A DNA stretch of 64,000 nucleotides, taken from the NCBI GenBank assembly GCA_016190945.1, contig JACPPO010000014.1, positions 6,303 to 70,302 on the forward strand, written 5' to 3'. The translations under genes were made by a program, and so were the position numbers. Origin of the DNA: Acidobacteriota bacterium. Its GTDB lineage: Bacteria > Acidobacteriota > Vicinamibacteria > Vicinamibacterales > UBA2999. The notes under the pieces are model-generated. The model was not told the DNA's origin. It saw only the letters and a program-made list of their open reading frames with translations, and searched no databases. Numbering within the stretch: the first letter of the stretch is position 1; every line of letters begins with the position of its first letter. Shown here one piece after another: positions 21,211 through 31,368 of this stretch.

Positions 21211-22661
21211 CAGGCGAACTCCGCCGCGACGGCGTCCGCGACGACATCCGTGCGCGTGCCGCGCGATCCCTTGACGAGCACGAGGTCGCCAGCGTGGATG
21301 GCGGCAGTGACCTCGCGCGTGGCCAGCTCGCTCTTTTCGGCATACCAGACCGCGGACACCGGCATCCCGGCCTCGATGGCGGCATCGGCAAGGGCCCGCG
21401 CGGGTTCTCCACCAATCGCGAACAGCAATCGCAGTCCGGCCGCGGCGGCGGCCCTCCCGGATTCGCGATGGAGCGCCAGCGAGTGGTCGCCGAGCTCGAT
21501 CATCTCGCCGAGCACACCGACCTTCCGCGACGCGCGGGTCTCCCTGGCCACGACGTCGAGCGCCGCCGCCAGCGCGGCGGGACTCGAGTTGTAGGAGTCG
21601 TCTATGAGGACGATCCCGCCGCGCAGCCGGCGCACCGCACCGCGCCGGTGGGCGGCCTTCAGTCGCGCCGCGGCGCCCACGATGTCATCGAGCGGCGTGC
21701 CGAGATCCACTGCGACGGCGGTCGCCGCGAGCACGTTGGAGAGATTGCCGCGGCCGAGAAGTGGCGTGTGGATCTGTCGCTCTCCGGCGGGCGTGACCAC
21801 CCTGGCGCGCATCCCATCGATGCCGAGACTCTCGACGTCGCGCGCGCGTACCGTCGCCCGATCCGAGGTGCCGAACGTCAGCGTTCGGCCGACGAATGTA
21901 CCGACCCGCGCCGTCACCCGCGGATCATCCGCGTTGCAGACGAGGACGTGCTGCCGGTCCGCGCGTTCGAGGATCTCCGCTTTCGCATCGGCAATCGCAT
22001 CCGGCGACGCGAAAAATCCGATATGGGCATCGCCCACATTGGTCCAGACGCGCGTCTCCGGCTCCGCGATGGCGACGAGCGTGCTGATCTCTCCCGCGTG
22101 GCTCATTCCCAGTTCCATGACCGCGACGTCTGGGCGCTCGCGCAGTTGCAGCAGCGAGAGCGGCAGCCCGATGTGGTTGTTCAGGTTCCCCTTGTTCCTC
22201 ACCACCCGGAAGCGCCCGGAAAGAAACTCCGCGATCGCCTCCTTCGTAGTTGTCTTCCCCGCGCTGCCGGTAATCGCGATGACCCTCGTCCCGCTCGCCT
22301 TCCGCACCGCGCGCGCAAGGCCCTGCAGCGCTCTCGTGGTGTCATCAACCTCGATGATCGCCGCGCGACCCGCGCCCCGCCCCCGCTCGACGATCGCGCC
22401 GATCGCGCCCTTCTGAAACGCCTCTGCGACAAAGGCATGCGCGTCAAGGCGGGCGCCTCGGAGCGCGACGAAAAAATCCCCCGGTTGCAGCGTCCGGGTG
22501 TCGATCACGACGTTCCCGATCTCCCCGGCTCTGTCGCCCGATCGGATATGACCGCCGACCACTTCGGCTACCCATCCCAGGGTGAGGCGAAGCCTCTCAC
22601 CCAACCCGCAACCTGAGACGCCGCGCGTCCAACGCCTCGCGCGCCACCGCGACGTCGTCAA
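21210..22661 (-). CDS. murF: UDP-N-acetylmuramoyl-tripeptide--D-alanyl-D-alanine ligase
   Basis: IDTRTLQPGDFFVALRG and GSAGKTTTKE. The true start is probably the in-frame TTG at 22604, which overlaps the murE stop by 8 nt, rather than 22661. Confidence 0.9.
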   Translation of the reverse strand: MTTSRWRARRWTRGVSGCGLGERLRLTLGWVAEVVGGHIRSGDRAGEIGNVVIDTRTLQPGDFFVALRGARLDAHAFVAEAFQKGAIGAIVERGRGAGRAAIIEVDDTTRALQGLARAVRKASGTRVIAITGSAGKTTTKEAIAEFLSGRFRVVRNKGNLNNHIGLPLSLLQLRERPDVAVMELGMSHAGEISTLVAIAEPETRVWTNVGDAHIGFFASPDAIADAKAEILERADRQHVLVCNADDPRVTARVGTFVGRTLTFGTSDRATVRARDVESLGIDGMRARVVTPAGERQIHTPLLGRGNLSNVLAATAVAVDLGTPLDDIVGAAARLKAAHRRGAVRRLRGGIVLIDDSYNSSPAALAAALDVVARETRASRKVGVLGEMIELGDHSLALHRESGRAAAAAGLRLLFAIGGEPARALADAAIEAGMPVSAVWYAEKSELATREVTAAIHAGDLVLVKGSRGTRTDVVADAVAAEFA

Positions 22662-24114
22662 ATGGCAGCAACTCGCCCTGGATCTCTTGGTGCTTTTCGT
22701 GGCCCTTGCCCGCGATAAGCACCACGTCGCCGGATGCCGCCTGGCCGACCGCGTGAAGGATCGCGTTCCGCCGGTCGACGATCGTCAGCACTTCCGCGCC
22801 CCGCTGCCGCGTTTCCGGCTGCGCGCCGAGGTTGACTTCATCGATGATGCGGTTCGGGTCCTCCGTTCTGGGGTTGTCCGAGGTGATGACGACGACGTCG
22901 CTGAGCCGCGCCGCGACCATGCCCATAAGCGGCCGCTTCGTGCGATCGCGGTCACCGCCGGCGCCAAACACGGTTATCAGCCGGCGCGCGGCGAGGGGGC
23001 GCGCCGTCTCCAGCAGGTTTCGCAGTGCGTCGTCGGTATGCGCATAGTCGACGACGACCGTGATGTCGTCGTCTGGCGATGACGCTCGCTCGAAGCGGCC
23101 CGGCACGCCGTGAAGCTGTGAGATGCCGCGCTCGATCGCGTCGAGCGGCAGGTCGAGCGCCGCGGTGACGCTCACCGCCGCAAGAATGTTGTAGACGTTG
23201 GGCCTGCCAACGAGCGGAGACCGCACGTGAACGGTCCCTTGCGGCGTTCGAGCTTCGAATTCCAGGCCCTCGAACGAGAATGACAGCGGTCCTGGCGTCA
23301 CGTCTGCAGTCCGGTTGAGCGCGTAGGTAACGGGCCGTCGTGTCAGCTCCATGATGGCGGGGCCACGGGGATCATCCGCGTTGATCGCTGCGGGGGCGTC
23401 CGCGGGCAGCATCTCGAACAGGCGGCGCTTGGCGGCGAAGTACTCTTCCATGTCCGCGTGGAAATCGAGATGGTCGCGTGTGAGATTCGTGAAGACCGCG
23501 GCGGCAAACTGAATGCCGTCAGCGCGGTGCAGCGCAAGCGCATGCGACGACACTTCCATCACGCACGCGCCGCAGCCGGCCTGCACCATCTGCCGCATCA
23601 TTCCGTGCAGCTCGGGGGCCTCCGGCGTCGTTCTCGTGGCTCCGAACTCCCGCGCGCCGATCCGGTAGGTCACCGTTCCCATCAACCCGCATCGCGTGCC
23701 CGCGGCCTCGAAGATTGCCCCCACGAGATAGCCGGTCGTCGTCTTGCCGTTGGTCCCCGTGATGCCCACGACGCGCAGCTCGCGGCTCGGGTGTCCGAAA
23801 AACTCCGCGGCGAGCCGCGCAAGCGCCAGCCGCGGATCCTTCACCACGATCCACGGCACGCTCGTGGGGACACCAGGCTCGCGCTCGGCAACAACGACCG
23901 CCGCGCCGGCGGCGATGGCCTGATGTGCGAAGTCCGCCCCATCGGCTTTCAGCCCACGAAGCGCCACGAACACCCACCCGGCTTCCACGCGGCGCGAGTC
24001 ATGCGTCACACCGCGGCACGGCACGTCGAGGGCTCGGGCGTCGCCGGGCATTAGCGGTCGCTCATCCGGCGACACGACCCGCGCGAAGCCCTGCAACAGC
24101 TCGCCGACGGTCAT
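22597..24114 (-). CDS. murE: UDP-N-acetylmuramoyl-L-alanyl-D-glutamate--2,6-diaminopimelate ligase
   Basis: GTNGKTTT, and DNPRTEDP with a downstream R consistent with a DAP-adding enzyme (tentative). Confidence 0.93.
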   Translation of the reverse strand: MTVGELLQGFARVVSPDERPLMPGDARALDVPCRGVTHDSRRVEAGWVFVALRGLKADGADFAHQAIAAGAAVVVAEREPGVPTSVPWIVVKDPRLALARLAAEFFGHPSRELRVVGITGTNGKTTTGYLVGAIFEAAGTRCGLMGTVTYRIGAREFGATRTTPEAPELHGMMRQMVQAGCGACVMEVSSHALALHRADGIQFAAAVFTNLTRDHLDFHADMEEYFAAKRRLFEMLPADAPAAINADDPRGPAIMELTRRPVTYALNRTADVTPGPLSFSFEGLEFEARTPQGTVHVRSPLVGRPNVYNILAAVSVTAALDLPLDAIERGISQLHGVPGRFERASSPDDDITVVVDYAHTDDALRNLLETARPLAARRLITVFGAGGDRDRTKRPLMGMVAARLSDVVVITSDNPRTEDPNRIIDEVNLGAQPETRQRGAEVLTIVDRRNAILHAVGQAASGDVVLIAGKGHEKHQEIQGELLPFDDVAVAREALDARRLRLRVG

Positions 24115-26156
24115 GGTGCCGCGTCGGCCTCCGAGATAGCCGCCGCATCGGCACTGACGTACCGATCGAGCCTGAGCGTGGCCACCGCGCCACGCTCGAC
24201 CGGACCGCCGACCGCAGGGTCCTGCTCGACCACGATGCCGGCGCCCCGAAGGCGCGCGGTCATGCCGAGTCGCGCCAGCATCCGCAACGCGTCGCGGGCA
24301 CCCAAGCCGCGGAGGTCCGGAAAAACCGCGGCGGACCCGGTCGTTCCGCCCGCCAGCGTCACGATTGCCGGGAGTTCGGCTGGGCCGGACGTGGGCCGCG
24401 CGCGCGGGTCTTCACGCGCCACCAGCACGGGGGGCGCGGCATTAATGGAGGGAGGCACGCCGTCGTGGCGCAGTGCCGCGTCCGCGATCCGACGAAAGAT
24501 CGGCGCCGCCACGGAGCCTCCGTAATAGAGGTTCTGTCCGTGAGGCGAATCGATCACGACCACGATCGCGAAGGCTGGCTCGCGCGAGGGAATGAAACCC
24601 ACAAACGATGCGTTGTACTCGGAGGTCGAGTAGCGGCCGTTGACCACCTTCTGCGCGGTGCCCGTCTTGCCGGCGGCCGTAAACCCAGGAACTTTCGCGT
24701 GGGTTCCCGTTCCCCGCTCCACGACCTGCTCCATGATCTCGGTCAGCAGCGCCGCCGTACCTGCCGAGACCGTCCGGCGGACCACCTTGTGCGGCACTGG
24801 CGTGCGCTTGCCGTCGGCAATCGCCGTGCGCACGATGCGCGGCTCGAACAGGTCGCCCCCGTTGGCAATCGAGCTGACGGCCGCGGCCATCTGCAACGGC
24901 GTGACGCCGACCTGATAGCCCATCGAGATGGACGCGAGGGCGCTGTCGGTCAACTTCGCGGGATCCCAGACGATGCCCGCGCTTTCGCCGGGAAAATCGG
25001 GCGACGACCGGCGGCCGAAGCCGAAGCGCTTCATGTACAGGCCGAGCCGCTCCGGTCCGAGGCGCAGGCCCACCTTGACTGCGCCGACATTGCTCGATTT
25101 GACGATGACGTCGGTGAACGACAGCACGCCGTACCGGTGATCGTCGTCAATGACGCGGGCTCCGAATCGAATGTGCCCGGCGCTGACGTCGATCGGGTCG
25201 TCAGGCTCGACGACGTGTTCCTCGAAGGCCGCCGACGCGGTGACGATCTTGAATGTCGAGCCTGGCTCGTACAGATCCTGGATTGCGCGATTGCGCTGCG
25301 CTTCCCGGCGCGCCTCGCGGTAGGCGTTGGGATTGAAGGTGGGCCAGTTGGCAAGCGCCAGGATTTCTCCCGTTCGCGGATCCATGACCACGGCCGTGCC
25401 GCCGGCGGCGCGATTCTCTTCGACACCGGCGCGAAGCTCCCGCTCGGCGACGTGCTGCAGATACCGATCGATCGTCAACTCGAGCGTCGCACCGGTCGTC
25501 GGAGGACGCTCGATTCGGCTGAACGCACGCCGGCGCGCATCGGTCTGAATCAGCACGGTGCCGGGGCGGCCCTTGATGAGCGTGTCGTAGGCCGATTCGA
25601 GCCCGTTCAGCCCCGTGTTGTCGATGCCGACGTATCCCAGGACGTGGGCCGCGAGGTCCTTGTTGGGGTAGAAGCGCCTGTTCTCCTTCATGAAGCCGAT
25701 GCCCTCGAGCTCGAGGGCCGCCACGCGGCGCGCCTCGTCCGGCGACACTTGGCGGCGCACGTAGACGAACGCCCGGCCGCGGCGGATGCGGTCCGCCAGC
25801 ACCTGGCGCTCCGCTGCGCCGCAGTCGTCGAGCGCGCCGCAGAGCGCGGCGGCGGCGGCGGCCGGATCGGCGACGTCGGTCGGGACCGCGTAGATGGAGT
25901 CGGCCTCGACGCTGTAGGCCAGCACGCGGCCGTCGCGGTCGAGAATGTCGCCCCGCTTGGCGGTGGTCTCCACGGTGCGGAGCTGCTGACGTTCCGCTCG
26001 GGCCGTGAGATCCGCGTAACGGCCCACCTGCAGGTACACGAGACGGGCCTCGATGGCCGCCAGCCATGCCACGAGCACGATGACGGCGACGACGAGCCGC
26101 CGCTTCAGCGTGATGCGCCAGGCGAACGAGGGCTTTTCGGCCACGGACTGGACCAC
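24111..26156 (-). CDS. ftsI: Class B penicillin-binding protein FtsI with a C-terminal PASTA domain
   Basis: N-terminal transmembrane helix, SxxK (GSTFK), SxN (KSSN) and KTG (AGKTGTA). The C-terminal FPDLRGLGARDALRMLARLGMTARLRGAGIVVEQDPAVGGPVERGAVATLRL matches the PASTA pattern. Confidence 0.9.
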   Translation of the reverse strand: MVQSVAEKPSFAWRITLKRRLVVAVIVLVAWLAAIEARLVYLQVGRYADLTARAERQQLRTVETTAKRGDILDRDGRVLAYSVEADSIYAVPTDVADPAAAAAALCGALDDCGAAERQVLADRIRRGRAFVYVRRQVSPDEARRVAALELEGIGFMKENRRFYPNKDLAAHVLGYVGIDNTGLNGLESAYDTLIKGRPGTVLIQTDARRRAFSRIERPPTTGATLELTIDRYLQHVAERELRAGVEENRAAGGTAVVMDPRTGEILALANWPTFNPNAYREARREAQRNRAIQDLYEPGSTFKIVTASAAFEEHVVEPDDPIDVSAGHIRFGARVIDDDHRYGVLSFTDVIVKSSNVGAVKVGLRLGPERLGLYMKRFGFGRRSSPDFPGESAGIVWDPAKLTDSALASISMGYQVGVTPLQMAAAVSSIANGGDLFEPRIVRTAIADGKRTPVPHKVVRRTVSAGTAALLTEIMEQVVERGTGTHAKVPGFTAAGKTGTAQKVVNGRYSTSEYNASFVGFIPSREPAFAIVVVIDSPHGQNLYYGGSVAAPIFRRIADAALRHDGVPPSINAAPPVLVAREDPRARPTSGPAELPAIVTLAGGTTGSAAVFPDLRGLGARDALRMLARLGMTARLRGAGIVVEQDPAVGGPVERGAVATLRLDRYVSADAAAISEADAAP

Positions 26157-26175
26157 TCCTCAAACACCACGTGTC

Positions 26176-26568
26176 TTACCGGCGCGCAACCACCGAGCGC
26201 GGTGGGGGCGACGCGGGCAACACCCGCTCGATCACGGACGCGTCGTTCGGCCCGGGCGCGACCATGTGGAGCCGGTCGGTCGCCAGACGCTCGATGCGGA
26301 TCGGGGAGCGCAGCGTATCGAGCTCGAGCCGCAGGTGGCGGTTGACTTCTGTTTCCGCCGCCCGATCGCGCTGCATCTGCTCGAGGCGGTACCCGTGGCG
26401 GAGAAGCTCGAAGTGCTGCCACGCCCAGAACAACAGCACGGACACGAGAAACACGCCCACGGTCGCCGCCCGCCACATCTCGCGGTGCCGCGCGCGATCG
26501 ACCTCGCGCACGATCGGATTGTTGCGAACGTCTTTCTTGATGGCGTATTCGAACGTCTCGCCTCTCAT
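26176..26568 (-). CDS. ftsL: Cell division protein FtsL
   Basis: 130 aa from ATG 26568, with one transmembrane helix (AATVGVFLVSVLLFWAW) followed by a coiled coil. It lies between rsmH and ftsI. The upstream part of the 304-aa ORF-track entry looks non-coding (Arg/Gly/Ala-rich). Confidence 0.75.
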   Translation of the reverse strand: MRGETFEYAIKKDVRNNPIVREVDRARHREMWRAATVGVFLVSVLLFWAWQHFELLRHGYRLEQMQRDRAAETEVNRHLRLELDTLRSPIRIERLATDRLHMVAPGPNDASVIERVLPASPPPRSVVARR

Positions 26569-26696
26569 GCTGTCCGCCTCACCATCTCGTGACGCCCTCC
26601 CGCCTCCGCCGATAGCGGGTCGCTGTGCGACCCAATAAGCCCAGCGCTGGCCAGGGGGTCTGCTTTGCGGACCACCCCGGCGGACCCGCCGTAGCG

Positions 26697-27596
26697 CTAC
26701 GCGCGCGAAGGCGGGCACGCAGCCCGTTCCGCGGCGCGCAGCTTGGCGCTCCGCGCGCGCGGATTGCGTTCCACCTCCGCCTCGCTCGGCACGACCGGCC
26801 GCTTCGTGCGGACGGTCAGCCCGACCTCGCCGGCCGCTTGCAGCGAGCGCAGCGTGTGCTTCACAACGCGATCCTCCAACGACTGGAAACTGATGACCGC
26901 CATCCGTCCGCGGGGCCGCAGCCGCCGGGCCGCTTGCGTCAGGAACGCGTCGAGGCCTTCGAGTTCCCGGTTGAGCCAGATGCGGATCGCCTGGAACGTC
27001 CGCGTCGCCGGATCGATGCGCGAGTAGCCATTTCGCGGAACGGCGCGTCGCACGATGTCGGCAAGCTGCCCCGTGGTGGTGACCGGCCACCGCATTCGCG
27101 CCTCGGCGATCGCCCGCGCGATCCGGCGCGCGTGCCGCTCCTCGCCGAATTCGTGGATCACGTCCGCGAGGGTGCGCTCGTCGGCATCGCGTATCGCGTC
27201 CGCCGCCGTGGGACCGGCCGTCGGATCCATCCGCATATCCAGCGGCTCGTCGCGCCGGAAGCTGAACCCGCGTCCGGGCGAGTCGAGCTGCATCGACGAG
27301 ACACCCAGGTCCGCGAGCAACCCGTCGACTCCGGCGATGCCCTGCGCATCCAGCACCTCGTCGAGGCGGCGGTAATCGGTATGCACCAGCGTCACGCGGT
27401 TCCCGTACGGTACCAGCGCGGCCGTGGCCTCCACCAGCGCCGCCGGATCACGATCGAACCCGATCATGCTGGAGGCCCCCGCCTCGAGAATCGCGCGCGC
27501 GTGCCCGCCATATCCGACCGTGCAGTCGACGAACAGACCGCCTCGCGCGGGCGCGAGCTGTTCGAGCACCTCGGTCACCATTACCGGCTCGTGCAT
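26697..27596 (-). CDS. rsmH: 16S rRNA (cytosine1402-N4)-methyltransferase
   Basis: MHEPVMVTEVLEQL, DCTVGYGGHA and ISFQSLEDR. Confidence 0.95.
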   Translation of the reverse strand: MHEPVMVTEVLEQLAPARGGLFVDCTVGYGGHARAILEAGASSMIGFDRDPAALVEATAALVPYGNRVTLVHTDYRRLDEVLDAQGIAGVDGLLADLGVSSMQLDSPGRGFSFRRDEPLDMRMDPTAGPTAADAIRDADERTLADVIHEFGEERHARRIARAIAEARMRWPVTTTGQLADIVRRAVPRNGYSRIDPATRTFQAIRIWLNRELEGLDAFLTQAARRLRPRGRMAVISFQSLEDRVVKHTLRSLQAAGEVGLTVRTKRPVVPSEAEVERNPRARSAKLRAAERAACPPSRA

Positions 27597-27687
27597 CGCT
27601 CACACTTACCGGAGCGTCTCGTCCCGAGACCTACGGAGCCGCGCTCAGCATCCGGAAGATCAGGCGCGTCAGCTGTTGATACATCCA

Positions 27688-28140
27688 TTAGATTCCGTGC
27701 TCGGACAGGCCGAGGCCGTCCTGGTCGGTCCATGGCTCGCGTTGTAGTTTCTGGAGGAACCGCTCTTCGTTCCAGACCTCGAGATAGTTGATGCGCCCGA
27801 AGACGCGCACGTCGCCGACGATCGCCGCGCTCTCGCGCAGATTCGCGGGAATCAGCACGCGGCCTTGGCCGTCGAGCTCGCCCGCCTGTCCGTAGTAATT
27901 CACGCGGTCGAGGAACTTGAGGCGCGACGGATGATTGCCGGGAATCTGCAACAGCTTCCCTTCGATCTCGAGCCAAGTGGGCATCGGGTAGATGCGGACA
28001 CAGCCCCCCGTCAGGCTCGTCACGAAGACGTCCGGTCCGTGCTGGTCCTGAATGACCCCCCGAAAAATCGTGGGCACTTTCAGGCGGCCTTTGTCGTCGA
28101 TCCGGGCCGAGGAGCTGCCCCGAAGTCCCTGATGCTCCAC
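27688..28140 (-). CDS. mraZ: Transcriptional regulator MraZ
   Basis: Two DxxGR repeats (RIDDKGRLKVP and ELDGQGRVLIP). Start is GTG 28140 (GGAG 4 nt upstream) or TTG 28152. Confidence 0.9.
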   Translation of the reverse strand: MEHQGLRGSSSARIDDKGRLKVPTIFRGVIQDQHGPDVFVTSLTGGCVRIYPMPTWLEIEGKLLQIPGNHPSRLKFLDRVNYYGQAGELDGQGRVLIPANLRESAAIVGDVRVFGRINYLEVWNEERFLQKLQREPWTDQDGLGLSEHGI

Positions 28141-28160
28141 TTTACTCCACAAAAATCCAC
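28136..28160 (-). promoter_or_regulatory. Three direct GTGGA boxes at exact 10-bp spacing (candidate MraZ operator)
   Basis: The minus strand reads GTGGAtttttGTGGAgtaaaGTGGA. The boxes lie at 28160-28156, 28150-28146 and 28140-28136, and the last one contains the GTG start codon. Confidence 0.55.
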
Positions 28161-28164
28161 ACGG

Positions 28165-28194
28165 ATATTACGGCCGCCTCAGGTGGGATGTCAA
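28165..28194 (-). promoter_or_regulatory. Candidate sigma-70 promoter of the dcw cluster (Pmra)
   Basis: The minus strand reads TTGACA (28194-28189), an 18-nt spacer, then TAATAT (28170-28165). The predicted transcription start is near 28158, at the first GTGGA box. Confidence 0.55.
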
Positions 28195-28292
28195 CGGATA
28201 AACCACTCACCTACTGACAGTTACGACTAAGCGATAACTTTCGCTTGTTCTTCGTCTCTCCTGGGGAAATGACGTGCTAGGCTGCCCAATTC

Positions 28293-29381
28293 ATGCTGCG
28301 CGCGGCTCTTATTGGCTTCTCCTCAAGCGGCAAGACCACCCTCTTTCGGCTGATGACGAGTGCGCGCGACGCTCCCCACGGCAGGAGCGACGTGAACGTC
28401 GGCATCTCGAAAGTGCCCGACGCACGCCTCGACACGCTGACGGCGATGTACAACCCGCGTAAACGCGTGCCCGCCACCGTGGAATTCACGGACGTGGCGG
28501 CAGTCGCCCGCGCCGGCGCGCAGGCGCTTGTCGACGTGGCGGGGTACAAGAACGCCGACGCCCTCGTTCACGTGCTCCGCGCGTTTCGCGATCCCGCCGT
28601 CCCGCATCCGTCCGGCTCCGTGGATCCGGCGCGCGACGGGCGGGCGATGGAAGACGAGCTGATTCTCGCGGACCTGGGAGTGGCGGAACGGCGGCTGGGG
28701 CGCATCGAGAAAGACCTGAAGAAGGCGCGCACCGCGGAGCTCGACAGAGAGCGTGACCTGGTGCAGCGCTGCAGGCAGGCCCTGGAGGACGGTAGGCCGC
28801 TGCGCGCGCTGGAGCTGACGGGCGACGATATCAAGCGCCTTCGCGGGTTTCAGTTCCTGTCGGCCAAGCCGCTCCTGCTCGTCATCAACCTGGACGAGGC
28901 GGACGTGGCCGGCGTGGGTGCGAGCGTCGAGCGTGCCGCCGGGCACACCGGGGTCACCGGCTTCCTGGCGCACGCCGCGACCGGCGCCGTGGCGCTTTGC
29001 GCGACGATCGAGCTCGAGATCGCACGGCTCGAGGGGGCCGACGCCGCAGCGTTCCTCGCGGATCTCGGCTTGGCCGAATCCGGCCTCGATCGCGTCATCC
29101 GGGCCAGTTACGACCTTCTTGGCTACCTGTCGTTCTTCACGGTCGGCGAGGACGAATGCCGCGCGTGGTCGGTCGCCCGCGGCACGCCGGCGCACGCGGC
29201 GGCTGCCGAGATTCACAGCGACATCCAGCGTGGCTTCATACGCGCCGAGGTGGTTGCCTACGAGGCGCTCGCCAGCCGCGGGTCGATGGCTGCCTGCCGC
29301 GAACATGGCGAGGTTCGCCTGGAAGGCAAGGAGTACATCGTCGGGGACGGCGATATCATCAACTTCCGATTTGCCACCTAG
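28293..29381 (+). CDS. ychF: Redox-regulated ribosome-binding ATPase YchF
   Basis: P-loop GFSSSGKTTLF, and a C-terminal TGS-like FIRAEVVAYE...GKEYIVGDGDIINFRF. Confidence 0.9.
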   Translation: MLRAALIGFSSSGKTTLFRLMTSARDAPHGRSDVNVGISKVPDARLDTLTAMYNPRKRVPATVEFTDVAAVARAGAQALVDVAGYKNADALVHVLRAFRDPAVPHPSGSVDPARDGRAMEDELILADLGVAERRLGRIEKDLKKARTAELDRERDLVQRCRQALEDGRPLRALELTGDDIKRLRGFQFLSAKPLLLVINLDEADVAGVGASVERAAGHTGVTGFLAHAATGAVALCATIELEIARLEGADAAAFLADLGLAESGLDRVIRASYDLLGYLSFFTVGEDECRAWSVARGTPAHAAAAEIHSDIQRGFIRAEVVAYEALASRGSMAACREHGEVRLEGKEYIVGDGDIINFRFAT

Positions 29382-29449
29382 TGGAAATGGCATGACGAAT
29401 CGAAAGCGGACCGTGCTGAGCAGCATGGTGCCGCCGCCAGCACACGCAG

Positions 29450-30502
29450 TTGGAATATCCCAGTAACATCCAGCGCATCGTCGTCGCCGACGCGCAGGTA
29501 CCCTTCATTGAAGGCGGCGCCGAGCTGCATGTGAAATCGCTGATCGCCCAGTTGCGGCGGCGGGGCTACGACGTGGAAAAAGTCGCGATACCCTTCCGGC
29601 CGCAGGCGAAGTCCGAGATCCTCGCGCAGGCCGCGGCGTGGCGTCTGCTCGATCTGTCGGCGAGCAACGAACAGCCGATTGACCTCCTGATTGCGACCCG
29701 GTTCCCCAGCTACTTCGCCCGCCACCCACGCAAGGTTGCGTGGGTGATCCACCAGCACCGCACCGCGTACGAACTGTGCGGCACGCCGTACAGCGATTTC
29801 GAGCACACGGAAACCGACGTGGGCCTCCGTCACCGACTGCTCGATCTCGATCGGCGGATGCTCCGCGAATGCCGCCACGTGTTCACCAACGCGCGGAACA
29901 CCGCCGGTCGCCTCGAGAAGTTCAACGGCGTGACAGCGCGCGCGCTGTACCACCCGCCCCCGCTCGCCGATCGACTGCGACCCGGCGATTACGGTACCTA
30001 CGTGCTCGTAATCGGACGTTTGGAAGCGGTGAAGCGCCCTGATCTGGCCATCCGCGCCCTGGCGCACGTCCCGCCGCCCATGCGGCTGGTTATCGTCGGC
30101 GAGGGGTCGCAGCGCAGCATTGCGGAGAGAGCGGCGGCCGAATCCGGCATTGGCGATCGGATTGTGTTTGCCGGCGCAGCCAGCAGCGATGAGCTGGTCA
30201 CGCTCTATTCCGGCGCTCGAGCGGTTGTGTACGTCCCCTTCGATGAAGACTACGGGTACGTCACGCTCGAGGCGTTCCTGAGCGTCAAACCGGTGGTGAC
30301 CGCCACCGATTCGGGCGGCACGCTCGAATTCGTCCGCGACGGCGAGAACGGGTTTATCTGCGCACCGGAGCCGGCTGCGATCGGCCAGGCGATCGCGCGG
30401 CTCGCCGCCGATCCCGATCTCGCGCGTCGGCTCGGACAGCACGGGCTGGCGCGGGCCGCGCAGATTACCTGGGATGGGGTCGTGGAGCAGCTCGTTGGCT
30501 GA
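29450..30502 (+). CDS. Glycosyltransferase family 4 (GT-B fold)
   Basis: Motif EDYGYVTLEAF in the C-terminal half. TTG start at 29450. Confidence 0.85.
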   Translation: MEYPSNIQRIVVADAQVPFIEGGAELHVKSLIAQLRRRGYDVEKVAIPFRPQAKSEILAQAAAWRLLDLSASNEQPIDLLIATRFPSYFARHPRKVAWVIHQHRTAYELCGTPYSDFEHTETDVGLRHRLLDLDRRMLRECRHVFTNARNTAGRLEKFNGVTARALYHPPPLADRLRPGDYGTYVLVIGRLEAVKRPDLAIRALAHVPPPMRLVIVGEGSQRSIAERAAAESGIGDRIVFAGAASSDELVTLYSGARAVVYVPFDEDYGYVTLEAFLSVKPVVTATDSGGTLEFVRDGENGFICAPEPAAIGQAIARLAADPDLARRLGQHGLARAAQITWDGVVEQLVG

Positions 30503-31361
30503 CCCATCATCGGTTACGGTCGTCATTCCGGCAATGGACGAGGCGGCCGCGATCGGCGCGGTCGTGTCGAGCCTGCATGCGGTGGCGCACTGGCATGAAG
30601 TGCTCGTCATCGACGATGGGTCGAGCGATGCGACGGCGGAGGTGGCGCGGGCCGCGGGCGCGCGCGTCATCCGCCACCCGTACAACAAGGGCAATGGCGC
30701 CGCGGTGAAGACCGGCATCCGCAACGCCACGGGGGAATTCATCCTGATCGTCGACGCCGACGGCCAGCATCCCCCGGAGGAGGCGCAACGCATCGTAGGC
30801 CGGCTCGGTGAGTACGACCTTGTCATCGGCGCCCGCGCGGCGTCCACCCACGCAACATTCGGCCGTCGCGGCGGCAATGCGGTCCTGAACGGCCTCGCCA
30901 GCTATCTGACAGAGATGCCGATCCCGGATCTGACGTCGGGGTTTCGCGGAGCACGGCGCGATTGCCTGCGCGAGTTCCTGCACCTGCTCCCCAATGGTTT
31001 TTCGACGCCGACGACCACGACGCTGGCATTCGTACGGGCCGGCTACAACGTCGTCTTCGAGCCCGTGGAGGCGCGACAGCGTATCGGCCACTCGAAGATT
31101 CGGTTCACGCGCGACGGCGCAAGGTTCCTGTTGATTCTGCTAAAGATTGTAACGCTCTTCAGCCCGCTCCGGATATTCGGCCCGGTCAGTCTTCTGTCGT
31201 TTCTCGCTGGCACGGCGTACGGGCTGTGGAACGTCGCGGTCAATGGCAGGATCCCCAACGGCGCCGTGCTGTTGATTCTGTTCGCCGTCGTCGTGTTCCT
31301 GGTGGGACTCGTGTCGGAGCAGGTCTCGTCGCTGCGCTTCGGGGGACCGTCAAGACAGTAG
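30474..31361 (+). CDS. Glycosyltransferase family 2, membrane-anchored (GtrB/ArnC-like polyprenyl-phosphate glycosyltransferase)
   Basis: VVIPAMDEAAAI, VIDDGSSDAT and VDADGQH, with two C-terminal transmembrane helices. TTG 30495 is an alternative start. Confidence 0.85.
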   Translation: MGSWSSSLADPSSVTVVIPAMDEAAAIGAVVSSLHAVAHWHEVLVIDDGSSDATAEVARAAGARVIRHPYNKGNGAAVKTGIRNATGEFILIVDADGQHPPEEAQRIVGRLGEYDLVIGARAASTHATFGRRGGNAVLNGLASYLTEMPIPDLTSGFRGARRDCLREFLHLLPNGFSTPTTTTLAFVRAGYNVVFEPVEARQRIGHSKIRFTRDGARFLLILLKIVTLFSPLRIFGPVSLLSFLAGTAYGLWNVAVNGRIPNGAVLLILFAVVVFLVGLVSEQVSSLRFGGPSRQ

Positions 31362-31368
31362 GCGAGCG

